A stretch of 64,000 nt of DNA. It comes from a virus. Positions 38,090 to 48,468 of the stretch are shown here, piece by piece. The stretch covers positions 1-64,000 of the IMG/VR virus record IMGVR_UViG_3300025576_000001; one strand, written 5' to 3'. The position numbers and the translations under genes were made by a program. Below the pieces are notes generated by a model. That model saw only the letters and a list, made by a program, of their open reading frames with translations, did not search any database and was not told where the DNA came from. Position 1 is the stretch's first letter, and each line of letters opens with the position of its first letter.

Positions 38090-40512
38090 GCGATTCCGGG
38101 CCACTTACGCAGGCGCAAGCGTTGGATGTATTACGCCGCACCTGCGACCGTGCGTGGCTCGACGCCATGCTCGCCCAGCCCGACGGCGCCGCCATCATCG
38201 CCAGCAAGCTCGCGGCGTTCGAGGCCGCCAGTCTCGCGGTGACGGCGCAGGCAAACGCCACCATGATCTCGACGGCGCCGACTGGTCGTCCGGGCGTCTG
38301 CACTCTCGCGCTTCAGCGCTCGGACACCTCGGCGAGCGCCACGATCCCAAAGGGCTATACGTTCATCACCAACCTGGGCGTCGAGCTGACGGTCGCGTGC
38401 GATGTGCAGGTTGCAGTCGGGCAAGCGACGGTGGCGCTGCCACTGGTCACGACTCGCCAGATCGATCTGGTCAACACGGCCGCGAATGCGTTCGACGACA
38501 TCCTGGACCCCGGCAACTACCCGGACGCGGTGCTGGGAACGGCGAACCCTCCGGTGTTCGTCAGCCGCTCTCCCCGCGCCCTCGTCGCGAACCGCAGCAG
38601 CAACGACGTGAGCTGGCTCGACCTCACGAACCCACTGCTGCCCGTCGTGCTCGCGACCGTCACCGTGGGCGTAGGCCCACCCGGCGTCGCTTTCTCGCCG
38701 GACGGCACCCGCGCCCTCGTCGCGAATTTCGGCAGCAACGACGTTAGTTGGCTCGACCTCACGAACCCACTGCTGCCCGTCGTGCTCGCGACCGTCACCG
38801 TGGGCTCAGGCCCGATCGGCGTCGCTATCTCGCCGGACGGCACCCGCGCCCTCGTCGCGAACCGCAGCAGCAACGACGTGAGCTGGCTCGACCTCACGAA
38901 CCCACTGCTGCCCGTCGTGCTCGCGACCGTCACCGTGGGCGTAAACCCATTCGGCGTCGCTATCTCGCCGGACAGCACCCGCGCCCTCGTCGCGAATTAC
39001 GGCAGCAACGACGTGAGCTGGCTCGACCTCACGAACCCACTGCTGCCCGTCGTGCTCGCGACCGTCACCGTGGGCTCAGGCCCGGTCGGAGTCGCTATCT
39101 CGCCGGACGGCACCCGCGCCCTCGTCCCGAATTACGGCAGCGCCAACGTGAGCTGGCTCGACCTCACGAACCCACTGCTGCCCGTCGTGCTCGCGACCGT
39201 CACCGTGGGCGTAGGCCCATACGGCGTCGCTATCTCGCCGGACGGCACCCGCGCCCTCGTCCCGAATTACGGCAGCGCCAACGTGAGCTGGCTCGACCTC
39301 ACGAACCCACTGCTGCCCGTCGTGCTCGCGACCGTCACCGTGGGCGTAAACCCGATCGGCGTCGCTATCTCGCCGGACGGCGAGCGCGCCCTCGTCGCGA
39401 ATTACAGCAGCAACGACGTGAGCTGGCTCGACCTCACGAACCCACTGCTGCCCGTCGTGCTCGCGACCGTCACCGTGGGCACAGGCCCATACGGCGTCGC
39501 TATCTCGCCGACGGCGAGCGCGGATGTGTTCGGCGATTTCGTCCGTTGCCTCACCTACGTCTCCTCAACTCCCATCACAGGCGCGTCGAGCGACTGGCTG
39601 AGCGCCCTTGGCAATGAGCGCGGCTGCATTCGCCAGGACGGCGAAGACGGCGAAGCGTACCGAGCCCGTGTCCGCATGATACCCGACGCCGTGAGTCCGC
39701 TCGCCATCGCGCGGGCCGTGGACGCGACCGCAACGGCACTGCCTGAGCGCTGGCTGGCCGAGCCTTTCAACGACGGCGCGGATCCCAATGTGAAGCTCGC
39801 AGCGAATCTCGGGTTCTTCGACGGCTTCTTCTGCGATAGCGACTTCTGCGACGACCCACTCGGCGTGTCGCTGGCCGACAAGCAACCGGTGGCGAACCTC
39901 GAATGCTCGGGCATTCGCGAGAGTCGCGCCTACGTGCGGGTCGACCTCGTGGGGCAATTGCAAGAGCCCGACGGTCTTGTCCTGTACTGTGACGATGGTT
40001 TCTGCGACGACCCGCAGTGGGGCTACCCGGATGTCCACACCCACCCGGTCATCCAGGGAGCCGAGCAGGCGCTGCTGCAACAGATGCAACTCAAGGTGGC
40101 GGGCGGCGTGAACTTCGATGTCTACCTGGAGAACTCGGAGACGCTCGTACAGCAGGGCACCTTGAGCGGCACCACGAGCGCAGGGGGTACGCCGGTCATC
40201 ACGCTTACGCCAGTGGCCGGAACTGCCTGGTATTTGCGCGAGGGTCTGCTGACCGCCGACATGGGCAACCGCCACTGGGCAGTCACGGGACAGGGCATCG
40301 CGGTACGGCTCACGCTCGACGATGGGTCCACGCTGCAAACCCCCTGGGCGCAGGGCGTGGTGTCGCTGCGCTCCTATGAGCTGGAGGCGCTCGGCTACCG
40401 AGGCCAGCGCGTGACCAGCATCGAGTGCTTGGGGCTCACGCTCTACGACCTCGAACCGCCCTACAGCATGAATTTGATCGGTAGTTTCACCGTGAATACG
40501 GCTACACTCTAG
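38086..40512 (+). CDS. baseplate wedge protein with inserted YVTN-type beta-propeller
   Basis: TIPKG and LGNERG..RQDGEDGEAYRARV baseplate motifs flank seven 45-aa blades. Confidence 0.75.
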   Translation: MSDSGPLTQAQALDVLRRTCDRAWLDAMLAQPDGAAIIASKLAAFEAASLAVTAQANATMISTAPTGRPGVCTLALQRSDTSASATIPKGYTFITNLGVELTVACDVQVAVGQATVALPLVTTRQIDLVNTAANAFDDILDPGNYPDAVLGTANPPVFVSRSPRALVANRSSNDVSWLDLTNPLLPVVLATVTVGVGPPGVAFSPDGTRALVANFGSNDVSWLDLTNPLLPVVLATVTVGSGPIGVAISPDGTRALVANRSSNDVSWLDLTNPLLPVVLATVTVGVNPFGVAISPDSTRALVANYGSNDVSWLDLTNPLLPVVLATVTVGSGPVGVAISPDGTRALVPNYGSANVSWLDLTNPLLPVVLATVTVGVGPYGVAISPDGTRALVPNYGSANVSWLDLTNPLLPVVLATVTVGVNPIGVAISPDGERALVANYSSNDVSWLDLTNPLLPVVLATVTVGTGPYGVAISPTASADVFGDFVRCLTYVSSTPITGASSDWLSALGNERGCIRQDGEDGEAYRARVRMIPDAVSPLAIARAVDATATALPERWLAEPFNDGADPNVKLAANLGFFDGFFCDSDFCDDPLGVSLADKQPVANLECSGIRESRAYVRVDLVGQLQEPDGLVLYCDDGFCDDPQWGYPDVHTHPVIQGAEQALLQQMQLKVAGGVNFDVYLENSETLVQQGTLSGTTSAGGTPVITLTPVAGTAWYLREGLLTADMGNRHWAVTGQGIAVRLTLDDGSTLQTPWAQGVVSLRSYELEALGYRGQRVTSIECLGLTLYDLEPPYSMNLIGSFTVNTATL
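38575..39510 (+). repeat. 7 near-identical 135-bp coding tandem repeats
   Basis: RALVxNxxSxxVSWLDLTNPLLPVVLATVTVGxxPxGVAISPDGT x7. Confidence 0.95.
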
Positions 40513-40525
40513 CAAGGAAAACAAC

Positions 40526-42079
40526 ATGGCCGGCTCCAAGACCCACATGATTCAGAACCCCCGCGAGGAAGTGATCTCGCCGGACCTCACGCGCATCGGT
40601 CAGCTCGCAGCGCGTGAGCAGCAGAACGCCGACATGGCGAGAGCCGTGCGGGCGGACTTCTACCAGCCACACCTCACGGCGCCAGTAATCGACGACTTCG
40701 GGTCAAGCGACCGCAGCGCTGCGGCTGGCCCCATCGCTGCCGCGCTTTCGCCGCCTTCGCTCGATGCCATCGCGGGCAGCTTAAACATGCAGCTCGGGGC
40801 GGGAGAAGTCGAAGTGCTCGACCCGACGAACCCAGGCGGGACCGACGTGTCGCCCTGGAGCGTCGCTCGGTGGGTCGCTCAGACGATCACGTGGCCGCTG
40901 CTGGCGAACCCGGACGCGACCAACCCCAAGATCGCGACCATCATCGCGACGCCTGCAGACGTGCAGAACGATCAGCAGAGCCGCAACATCCTCCTGAATC
41001 CGGCGACGCGACAGATGCAGCCGCAGAACGTCTACAAGACCAGCGACCCAGCGGCCACCGTTTCGGTCATCGCCGGTTCCGCCACCAACCCAGTGTTCCC
41101 CGCTACACTACCGGCGGGTGCGGTCGCGCTGTTCGACCTCCTGATGCCTCCCGGCGCCACTCAGTCGTCGCAGTTTCTCATCACACGGCGCTGCTGGCGC
41201 AATATCGAGTTCCCCGGCACCTCCCAGCACGGCATCCTGAAGGGCTGTGTCCCGACGTGGGCCTATGCCAACGAATCGACCGGCGCAACGGCTTCCCTCA
41301 TAACGGGCGCAACGGTTCACCGGCCCATCATCGACGGTGAGTTGCTGACGTTCACGGCGTTCGGCTACCTCACCGCAGTCGCCGACACCGCCAACCCGCC
41401 GGGCACCGCGCCGGCCGGGAACGACCTGCCGACCTACCTGTACCTCTGCGGCGGGCGCAACTGGCCATGTTGCACGTTCGCATTCGGCGGCGCGGCTGCG
41501 TCGCCCGTACTGCTGATTGAGAGTACGACGCCGCCCGACTGCATGGGCTACCCGTCAGCACCGCTCGGTTACGGCGGCCAGACCATCGGCCAGAACGCAG
41601 CGCTGTTCATCGGCAACGGCTTCAGGATTGCGGGCACGACTCTCAGCAAGTCTTTGTTCTACGATGGCGACTTCGTTCGACCGCAGGCCAGCACGGTTAC
41701 GCTGTGCGGTTTCCACGTCGGCGCTGGCGATCACTTCACGACAGGCAGCACGACGCCGGTATCGTTGGCGATGGCCGGGATCCCCGCCAACACGACGGTG
41801 CTCGAACTGCAGGCCATGATCTCGGGGACCGCCACGACCTATCCGCAGATCCTGAGTGTGCTGAACGGCATCGGAGGCGGTCCGGCCATCTACGCGACCA
41901 TACCGGCCGCCAACGGAGCGGCCACCGTTGCGAGCGTGCAGAGCGCAGCGGCGCGGATCGCGCGCCCGGGGTCCGACACCATCCAGTACACGGCATACGA
42001 CAACACGGCGCCGTCGAGTGCGACCATCGACATCAGACCCGCGGCCTACAACATGAACATCCCCCGCATCGCGAGGTAA
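40526..42079 (+). CDS. tail/baseplate-associated protein
   Basis: AAGGA RBS; position; composition. Confidence 0.55.
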   Translation: MAGSKTHMIQNPREEVISPDLTRIGQLAAREQQNADMARAVRADFYQPHLTAPVIDDFGSSDRSAAAGPIAAALSPPSLDAIAGSLNMQLGAGEVEVLDPTNPGGTDVSPWSVARWVAQTITWPLLANPDATNPKIATIIATPADVQNDQQSRNILLNPATRQMQPQNVYKTSDPAATVSVIAGSATNPVFPATLPAGAVALFDLLMPPGATQSSQFLITRRCWRNIEFPGTSQHGILKGCVPTWAYANESTGATASLITGATVHRPIIDGELLTFTAFGYLTAVADTANPPGTAPAGNDLPTYLYLCGGRNWPCCTFAFGGAAASPVLLIESTTPPDCMGYPSAPLGYGGQTIGQNAALFIGNGFRIAGTTLSKSLFYDGDFVRPQASTVTLCGFHVGAGDHFTTGSTTPVSLAMAGIPANTTVLELQAMISGTATTYPQILSVLNGIGGGPAIYATIPAANGAATVASVQSAAARIARPGSDTIQYTAYDNTAPSSATIDIRPAAYNMNIPRIAR

Positions 42080-42081
42080 CG

Positions 42082-45045
42082 ATGTCCTTCGACTCGACGA
42101 CAATCGGACTCAGCATCAACGGCAACACGCCGCAGGCGACTTGGCGGCAGGACGCGGCGGCGGGTAACTCGATCGTCGCCAGTCTGTCGAGCGCCATCGG
42201 CGTCAACACCTATTCCTGGCAGCTCGTCGGACGCCCCGAGGGGTCGACGGCGGGCGGCACCGGCCCCGAACCGTGCTCACTCGGCACCGCTACGACGTGT
42301 TCATTCACGGTCGATATTCCCGGCACCTACATCGTTTCGTGTCTGCTGAACGGCGGCGCGACCGACGCCACCATCCTCACGGCCGGGATCGCGATCCTCG
42401 AAACCATCACGACCGCCGACGGGCGCAGCCTGCGGCTCATCGGACCCGGTGAGACCAACCAGGACATCCACGACCCACTGGTGGCGCAGGGCTGGATCAA
42501 GGAGTTGAACCGCTGGCTGCGCTACCTGAGTGCCGTCAGCGGTGGAGGCGGAGGCAGCGACCACTTGGTGCTGGTGAATACTGGCGGCATCTACGGCACG
42601 CTTTCGGCCGTCATCATGTCGGCAGACGGTTCGGTGGTGGCGGCCGTGGACCCATCGAGCGGAAAGCTCAATTTGAGCGCCGTCGGCTCTCTTAGCCCAG
42701 CGACTCTGTACTATCTTGCCGGGACGATGCACGCCTCACCAACGCAGTTGACTCGCGTGGCGACACTGAACGCCAACTACTACGCGGCTTCGCTGACTTC
42801 TTCCTACGCAGCCATCCTCGTGGCGTCCGCTCCCGCCAGCGATCCGGGCCTGATTGCCTTGCCGGCGGGCACCTACAAGCTCAAGCTATGGTGCTTTGCC
42901 GGTCAGGCCAGTACCGTGTACTTCACGGTTTCGATGGGCGGAGGCGTCGGTGTGGTGGCGACTAGCGCACCCGTGAATCTTGCCACGGGGAGCACACTGA
43001 CCGAAATCACACTGATCGCGACTAGCACCATCGATCAGCCAGTGCCCGACACGACTCAGCCGATCGTGCTGACCATCTGGGCGAAGCAGAATACTGGCAG
43101 CGGCGGGACCCTCACGGTGGGCGATGGCGTCTCGACGTTGACCAGCCTTACGGTGCCATTCGCGAGCAATCACGCTTATACACATCTGATAGCTGGTAAC
43201 GATGCTCTGCCGGCCGCAAGCACCAGCGTGGCGGGCCTCATCGCTCTTGACCGAGCGACGCTACCTCAACCAAACGGCATCGCCGCGCCGGGTAGTAGCA
43301 CCAAGACGCTGCCACAGGATCATGTCCACGCCGCCGACGACACGGTCAACGGCGACCTGTGGATCTATCAGGACGAAACGTCGGCTGCACTGTTTCGCTC
43401 GCCATCTCCCGACACGGGCGACAGTCTCAGTGTCGCGATCACCTCCTCAAGCCCAGGATACCTATTCCAGAATGCCATCACGCCACTCGGAGATCCGAAC
43501 CTTGTGACGTGGAAGGCCGGCGTCGCGCGATTCCGCCTGTCGGTAGGCGTGACTGCTATTTCGGGCACGCCGTCGGCTGAATTGCTCGCGACGCTTAGCC
43601 GCATCCCTGCGGGCGGTGGCGCCGGCACGGCGCTCATCTCGGGCGTGTCGCTCGGTACGATCACCAACACCAGCCTCGCGCTGCTATCCTGCGATCTCGC
43701 ACTTCCGGCCAGCACCGGAGCGAGCACTGATGTCATCGCGCTGACGATTCAGGCGACGACCACCAACCCAGCGTCCACGACGGTGACGATCGGTTGCTCG
43801 GCGCCGAACCCCAGCAGCATCAATCTGCCGATCGCGATCCCGGCAGGCGCCGGAACCTTCAGCGGGACCGCGACGGGGCTGCAGACCGCAACGACCGTCG
43901 TGGCGATCTCGGCCTCGGCGGCACCGACCAACGGCGATGTCTTGGTGGCGAGCGGTAGCAGCACAGCCGCCTGGGTGGCCATGCCGGATACTACGGCGAC
44001 GGGACTGCGGGCCGAAGATGGAAGCATCGTCCATACGGAACCGGCCTCTCCTCCGTCTGCTGGTCAAGTTTTGACCGCCGTGTCTCCCACAGCGGCGACC
44101 TGGCAGACGCCAACAGCCGCCGCGCTCGCAAGCGCCAGCACGACAGTGAACGTCAGTGCCGCCACTGCTCCCACCGAGGGTCAGGTCTTGACCGCCACGT
44201 CCGGGACGACGGCAGACTGGCAGACGCCCGACACGGGCGCCACGACCGCGCAGGCACTCGCGACCACAGGATCGCACGTCGTCGTCAACACCGCCGCGCC
44301 CCCCATCGCCGGGCAGGCCCTCATCGCGACCAGTCCCACCGCCGCCGCCTGGGCGATGCCATTCCCGCCGGATCTACAGTCCTACGCCATCAGCGAGGAC
44401 TTCATGGGCGGCGCCCTACTGCTCGCACAGACAGCCAATGGCGCGGCCGTCGGAGCGGCCACATGCGTCGATCTCTCGGGCACCTATAGCGCCACCAGTC
44501 GCATCGTCGACACGACCACCGGACGCGCCGGAGTGATCGAGGCCAACGCCAGTATCACCAACGGATATTGTTGGGTCAACACCACTGAGAACTTCTACAA
44601 ACTGCAAACGGGACAGTTCGTGTTCGAGACCTTCGTTCGGGTGCCTGCTCTCGGAGGATTGAGCGAGTTTCAGGTGTATGCCGGATGGAACGTCGCTAAC
44701 ATCGGAACCGGCAGTCCGCACTTCGCGCTGGTTTACAACGAGTTGGTGAGCACGCACTGGATATTCGAGTGTGACGTGTCGGGCGCAAAGTATTCATTCG
44801 ACACAAGCGTAACCGTCACCGCCGGACAGTGGTACAGACTCACCTTCGTGCTCGACGGATCCAACGTCAATGTTTTGATTGACGAGGTGGCGATCCGCAC
44901 AGAAGCGTGGTCACTGGCGAGCGGGACGGGTGGACAGTTCACGGCCGTTGGAGTGACGAACCTGAACGGTCATGCCGCTGCGGTGGCAGATTGCGACAAG
45001 TATAATCTCTGGAGCACGGCCCTGGGGCCGTCCAATACGCGATAG
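42082..45045 (+). CDS. tail fibre/receptor-binding protein
   Basis: PKD-like YSWQL..PGTY start, four GQVLTA...W repeats, ConA/LamG-like C-terminus. Confidence 0.7.
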   Translation: MSFDSTTIGLSINGNTPQATWRQDAAAGNSIVASLSSAIGVNTYSWQLVGRPEGSTAGGTGPEPCSLGTATTCSFTVDIPGTYIVSCLLNGGATDATILTAGIAILETITTADGRSLRLIGPGETNQDIHDPLVAQGWIKELNRWLRYLSAVSGGGGGSDHLVLVNTGGIYGTLSAVIMSADGSVVAAVDPSSGKLNLSAVGSLSPATLYYLAGTMHASPTQLTRVATLNANYYAASLTSSYAAILVASAPASDPGLIALPAGTYKLKLWCFAGQASTVYFTVSMGGGVGVVATSAPVNLATGSTLTEITLIATSTIDQPVPDTTQPIVLTIWAKQNTGSGGTLTVGDGVSTLTSLTVPFASNHAYTHLIAGNDALPAASTSVAGLIALDRATLPQPNGIAAPGSSTKTLPQDHVHAADDTVNGDLWIYQDETSAALFRSPSPDTGDSLSVAITSSSPGYLFQNAITPLGDPNLVTWKAGVARFRLSVGVTAISGTPSAELLATLSRIPAGGGAGTALISGVSLGTITNTSLALLSCDLALPASTGASTDVIALTIQATTTNPASTTVTIGCSAPNPSSINLPIAIPAGAGTFSGTATGLQTATTVVAISASAAPTNGDVLVASGSSTAAWVAMPDTTATGLRAEDGSIVHTEPASPPSAGQVLTAVSPTAATWQTPTAAALASASTTVNVSAATAPTEGQVLTATSGTTADWQTPDTGATTAQALATTGSHVVVNTAAPPIAGQALIATSPTAAAWAMPFPPDLQSYAISEDFMGGALLLAQTANGAAVGAATCVDLSGTYSATSRIVDTTTGRAGVIEANASITNGYCWVNTTENFYKLQTGQFVFETFVRVPALGGLSEFQVYAGWNVANIGTGSPHFALVYNELVSTHWIFECDVSGAKYSFDTSVTVTAGQWYRLTFVLDGSNVNVLIDEVAIRTEAWSLASGTGGQFTAVGVTNLNGHAAAVADCDKYNLWSTALGPSNTR

Positions 45046-45060
45046 AGAAAGAAGGGAACC

Positions 45061-45447
45061 ATGAACGTCTTCGATCCGAAACGCAATCCGAACATCAGCA
45101 TCCCGATCCCGGGCGATATGTCGACAAGCTGGCAGTCCGTTCCGATCTGGATTGCCAAGCTCCAGAAGCCGCTTTCGCTTGAGGTGTCGTGGCCCGCGAC
45201 CGGCAGTCCCGTCGGAGTGTTTTCGCTCGTGGCGATGAACAACCCGAACGATGCTAGCGGGGCGCCGCTCCCGGCGTTCGCGCTTTCGGGGTGGACCGCA
45301 GTGCAGCCAAACGGCAGCGCCGGGAACGCATTCGTCGACAACATCCCGACCGCCGCGAGCTACGTGGCGCTCGTCTACACCGCCGGTAGTGGCGGAGTCG
45401 GAGCGGTTCCGACGGCGACCCTCGGGCTGACGGCCATCGGCTTCTAG
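45061..45447 (+). CDS. hypothetical structural protein
   Basis: Beta-rich 128 aa with RBS. Confidence 0.5.
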   Translation: MNVFDPKRNPNISIPIPGDMSTSWQSVPIWIAKLQKPLSLEVSWPATGSPVGVFSLVAMNNPNDASGAPLPAFALSGWTAVQPNGSAGNAFVDNIPTAASYVALVYTAGSGGVGAVPTATLGLTAIGF

Positions 45448-45450
45448 GAG

Positions 45451-46086
45451 ATGACCATGAAACTCCATCTTCTCACACTCTGCGCGCTCCTGGCTCTCGG
45501 CTGCCACTCGGGGAGCCATCGTCTCGGGGCGATGCCATACATCAACGGCGGCGGCAGCACGACCGGCGGCAACGGCTGCACGGCTACGCCTTTCACGGTC
45601 AGTTACAGCGATTCGATGTTTCAGGTAGCGAGCGCGACGGCGACCAAGACGCTAGGCACGCTGACCTCGGTTCGGCAGTTGCTTTGCGACCCGACAACGA
45701 TGGACCCGCAGGTTGCGTTCACGGGCTCGACCATCACGACCGGCACTATGACCGCTACCACGACCACAACCGGGACAGCAACCGCCACCAGCACGGCGAC
45801 CGCCACCGGAACGTCCGCGTTTGGCGCGGGTTATCCGACGTGCTCGCTCGGCAGCGCCAACAATCCAACGCTCTATTTACCTGCTCTCTACGTCGGCCAG
45901 ACGGCGCAGGGGGTGCTGACAGGGGGGATCTTCAATTCGCATTACACGGCGAGCGATAGCAGCCTTGCGGTGGTCCTCTACTGCAATACGGGCGGGGGCA
46001 ATTGGGGCACCGGCGCGGCGACCAATTTGACCGCAGGCAAGCTCTGGATCACGGTCGGGACGATCACTCTCCCGGCGGGGTCGTGA
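45451..46086 (+). CDS. putative lipoprotein, Thr-rich
   Basis: KLHLLTLCALLALGC lipobox. Confidence 0.55.
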   Translation: MTMKLHLLTLCALLALGCHSGSHRLGAMPYINGGGSTTGGNGCTATPFTVSYSDSMFQVASATATKTLGTLTSVRQLLCDPTTMDPQVAFTGSTITTGTMTATTTTTGTATATSTATATGTSAFGAGYPTCSLGSANNPTLYLPALYVGQTAQGVLTGGIFNSHYTASDSSLAVVLYCNTGGGNWGTGAATNLTAGKLWITVGTITLPAGS

Positions 46087-46087
46087 C

Positions 46088-48451
46088 ATGCGGCGCGCCC
46101 TCCTGGTCCTGGTGCTGTTGGCCGGCCTCGTGGGGACGGCCCGCGCGGGCAATCTGTACGTCGCGACGACTGGCAGCGATTCGGCGGCCTGCTCGCTCGC
46201 AGCTCCCTGTCAGACAATCGCGCATGTGCAGACGGTCGCGCAGGGACTAATCGCCTCGGGCCTGACTCAGCCGCTGTACATCTGGGTCCACGCGGGCACG
46301 TACCAGCAGAGCACGGGCCTGACATTCGGCGCGGCCGACTCGGGCACTAGCAGCTTTCCAGTGTACTGGCTGGGATTCCCCGGTGAGCCTGCACCCGTCA
46401 TCTCGGGCGGCGCACCCGTGACCGGATGGACCCACGACACCGGCTCAATCTACAAGGCCAATGTCGGCACTTCATGGAATTTCCGACAACTCTACGTCAA
46501 CCCAGGCTTGCCACATGGGGTACATGCGCAGCGAGCACGGGGCACTTACCAGCCGGCCGGGTGGGTCCGCACGTCTACCGGGTACACGCCCCCGGACGAT
46601 TCCATGGAGGCATGGGGCAATCCCACGGACGTCGAGATCGTGAGCCTCGGACCGTGGTCCATGGATCGCCTCAAGGCAGCGTCTCTGTCTGGAGGTCTCA
46701 GCGTCACGATCAACATGTTATCAGGTCCCGTCACCACCTGGAATTATCAAGGACCTTATGCCTCCACGGAAGTGGGCATGCCATTTACCTCGGACGTGGC
46801 AGGTCAGGTGACCGGACTGCGTTTCTGGCGTTCACAGCTTAATGGAGCCGACACCGGGACGCATATCGGGCACCTGTGGGACGCCGTAGGGAACCTCCTC
46901 GCCACGGCCACTTTTGCGGCATCCAGCATAACTGGCTGGGATGATGTGCAGTTGATCCCACCCGTCAGCATCTTGGCATCCACGACCTATGTTGTCTCCT
47001 ACGAGACTGGCCCAATCATAACTGCCACTTATGGCATATGGCCGGTCGACAATGCCCCGTTGCACGCGACAGGAGGATCGCTCTCGACCACCCCTGGATT
47101 GTTCCCGAGTACCCCTACCGCTCACACCTATTGGGTAGATCTGGATTTTACTTACACTGGACCTCCGAGCAATGCCATCGTGATGGCAAATCCTGGCTGG
47201 ACGAACCAACAAGGCATCCTGGCATCGTATGATGTAAATCCCACGCCAACGTGGGTGGAAAATGCCTATGAACTGATGTCCTCGGGATACTGGTATCTCG
47301 ACAGGACGTCAGGGTACCTGTACTATTGGCCTCCCTCGGGCTCGATGGCCGGCACCACCGTCGTGGCTCCCGTGGTGGATCCCTTGTTGACCGTCTCGGG
47401 GGGAAGCTATATCCAGTTCGGCTCGCCCACCAATCCCCTCGTCTTCGCGTACTCGAACTGGGTCGGGCCGGACTCCACGACAGGGTATGTAGGAGAGCAG
47501 AATGGCTATACATGGGTGACGGTCTCCACAGCCATACAGACCCTCGATGCAGCCCTGGTGATTAATGGCAGCACGAATATCTCTTTCAATGGGGATCAGC
47601 TCTCCCATCTCGGTTCGCGGGTATTCCTGATCGAGGACGGCAGCTCCAACGTCAGCATCATCAACAACAGGTTCGACGACAATGCGGCCGGGGCCGTCCA
47701 GATTGGCACCATCGGAACCTGTCCCGCCGGCTGTCCTTCTTTCGTGCGAGAGAATGATGTCCTGTTCGCAAACAACATCATAGCGACCGGCAACGATTTT
47801 GATTATCTGGACACTGGCGCCATCTTCGCGCCTGCCATGTCCAATTCCACAATCGCCAATAATGAGATTGACAGCATACCGTGGGGACCCGTCACGCTTG
47901 GCTGGGGATGGGGAGCGACACCCTATTGCTCGAACAACACTGTCAACAACAACAGCATAAACAATCCCTGCATCGGGCCTCCACGGCTTGGCTGGGATTG
48001 TGGAAGCATATATTCAGTGGGAGCCCAGTCCTCAGCGAGTACCTATGCGACAGGCTTGTTCGTCACGGGAAATTATTCACAGGGATCCGTGGGCGCTCTG
48101 CCAGTTTCCGGGGGTTTGTATCTCGACACGGGTACTGCCTGGAGCACCTGGGAAAACAACAACATGCTTGGCTCTTACAATTACTGGGCCGAGATCGGTT
48201 CGCAGGCCAACAACGACAAATTGCTCAACAACTACACGGACAATAATGTCCTCATCAACAATGGGGTGAACATCACCATCGTCGGTCCCATCGTCATCCC
48301 GGGCAGTGCCCAGGCATTCGGCACGGGAGCGCGATCCATAGTCTGCGGTGCCGGCGTGCCTGGCTCGACGGCCTGCACGACGCCAACGCTCTGGCCGACC
48401 TGGCAGAGCGGCGTGGGCGCGACGTGGAGTCACCCGCAGATTGGACCATGA
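46088..48451 (+). CDS. right-handed beta-helix polysaccharide-active enzyme with DUF4082-like insert and signal peptide
   Basis: LYVATTGSD..PCQTI, HAGTY, PVISGG, ENAYEL...GYWYLD, Asn ladders; EVGMPFTSDVAGQVTGLRFW...YWVD insert. Confidence 0.75.
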   Translation: MRRALLVLVLLAGLVGTARAGNLYVATTGSDSAACSLAAPCQTIAHVQTVAQGLIASGLTQPLYIWVHAGTYQQSTGLTFGAADSGTSSFPVYWLGFPGEPAPVISGGAPVTGWTHDTGSIYKANVGTSWNFRQLYVNPGLPHGVHAQRARGTYQPAGWVRTSTGYTPPDDSMEAWGNPTDVEIVSLGPWSMDRLKAASLSGGLSVTINMLSGPVTTWNYQGPYASTEVGMPFTSDVAGQVTGLRFWRSQLNGADTGTHIGHLWDAVGNLLATATFAASSITGWDDVQLIPPVSILASTTYVVSYETGPIITATYGIWPVDNAPLHATGGSLSTTPGLFPSTPTAHTYWVDLDFTYTGPPSNAIVMANPGWTNQQGILASYDVNPTPTWVENAYELMSSGYWYLDRTSGYLYYWPPSGSMAGTTVVAPVVDPLLTVSGGSYIQFGSPTNPLVFAYSNWVGPDSTTGYVGEQNGYTWVTVSTAIQTLDAALVINGSTNISFNGDQLSHLGSRVFLIEDGSSNVSIINNRFDDNAAGAVQIGTIGTCPAGCPSFVRENDVLFANNIIATGNDFDYLDTGAIFAPAMSNSTIANNEIDSIPWGPVTLGWGWGATPYCSNNTVNNNSINNPCIGPPRLGWDCGSIYSVGAQSSASTYATGLFVTGNYSQGSVGALPVSGGLYLDTGTAWSTWENNNMLGSYNYWAEIGSQANNDKLLNNYTDNNVLINNGVNITIVGPIVIPGSAQAFGTGARSIVCGAGVPGSTACTTPTLWPTWQSGVGATWSHPQIGP

Positions 48452-48468
48452 CCGAGGAGTAGCACCCC

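Noticed and set aside
38575-39510. CRISPR array or DGR template/variable repeat
   Set aside because: Units are in-frame 135-bp coding repeats without unique spacers; no cas or reverse transcriptase gene in the window
25532-40512. Stand-alone contractile injection system or tailocin
   Set aside because: Terminase, portal, scaffold and capsid genes are present, so this is a phage
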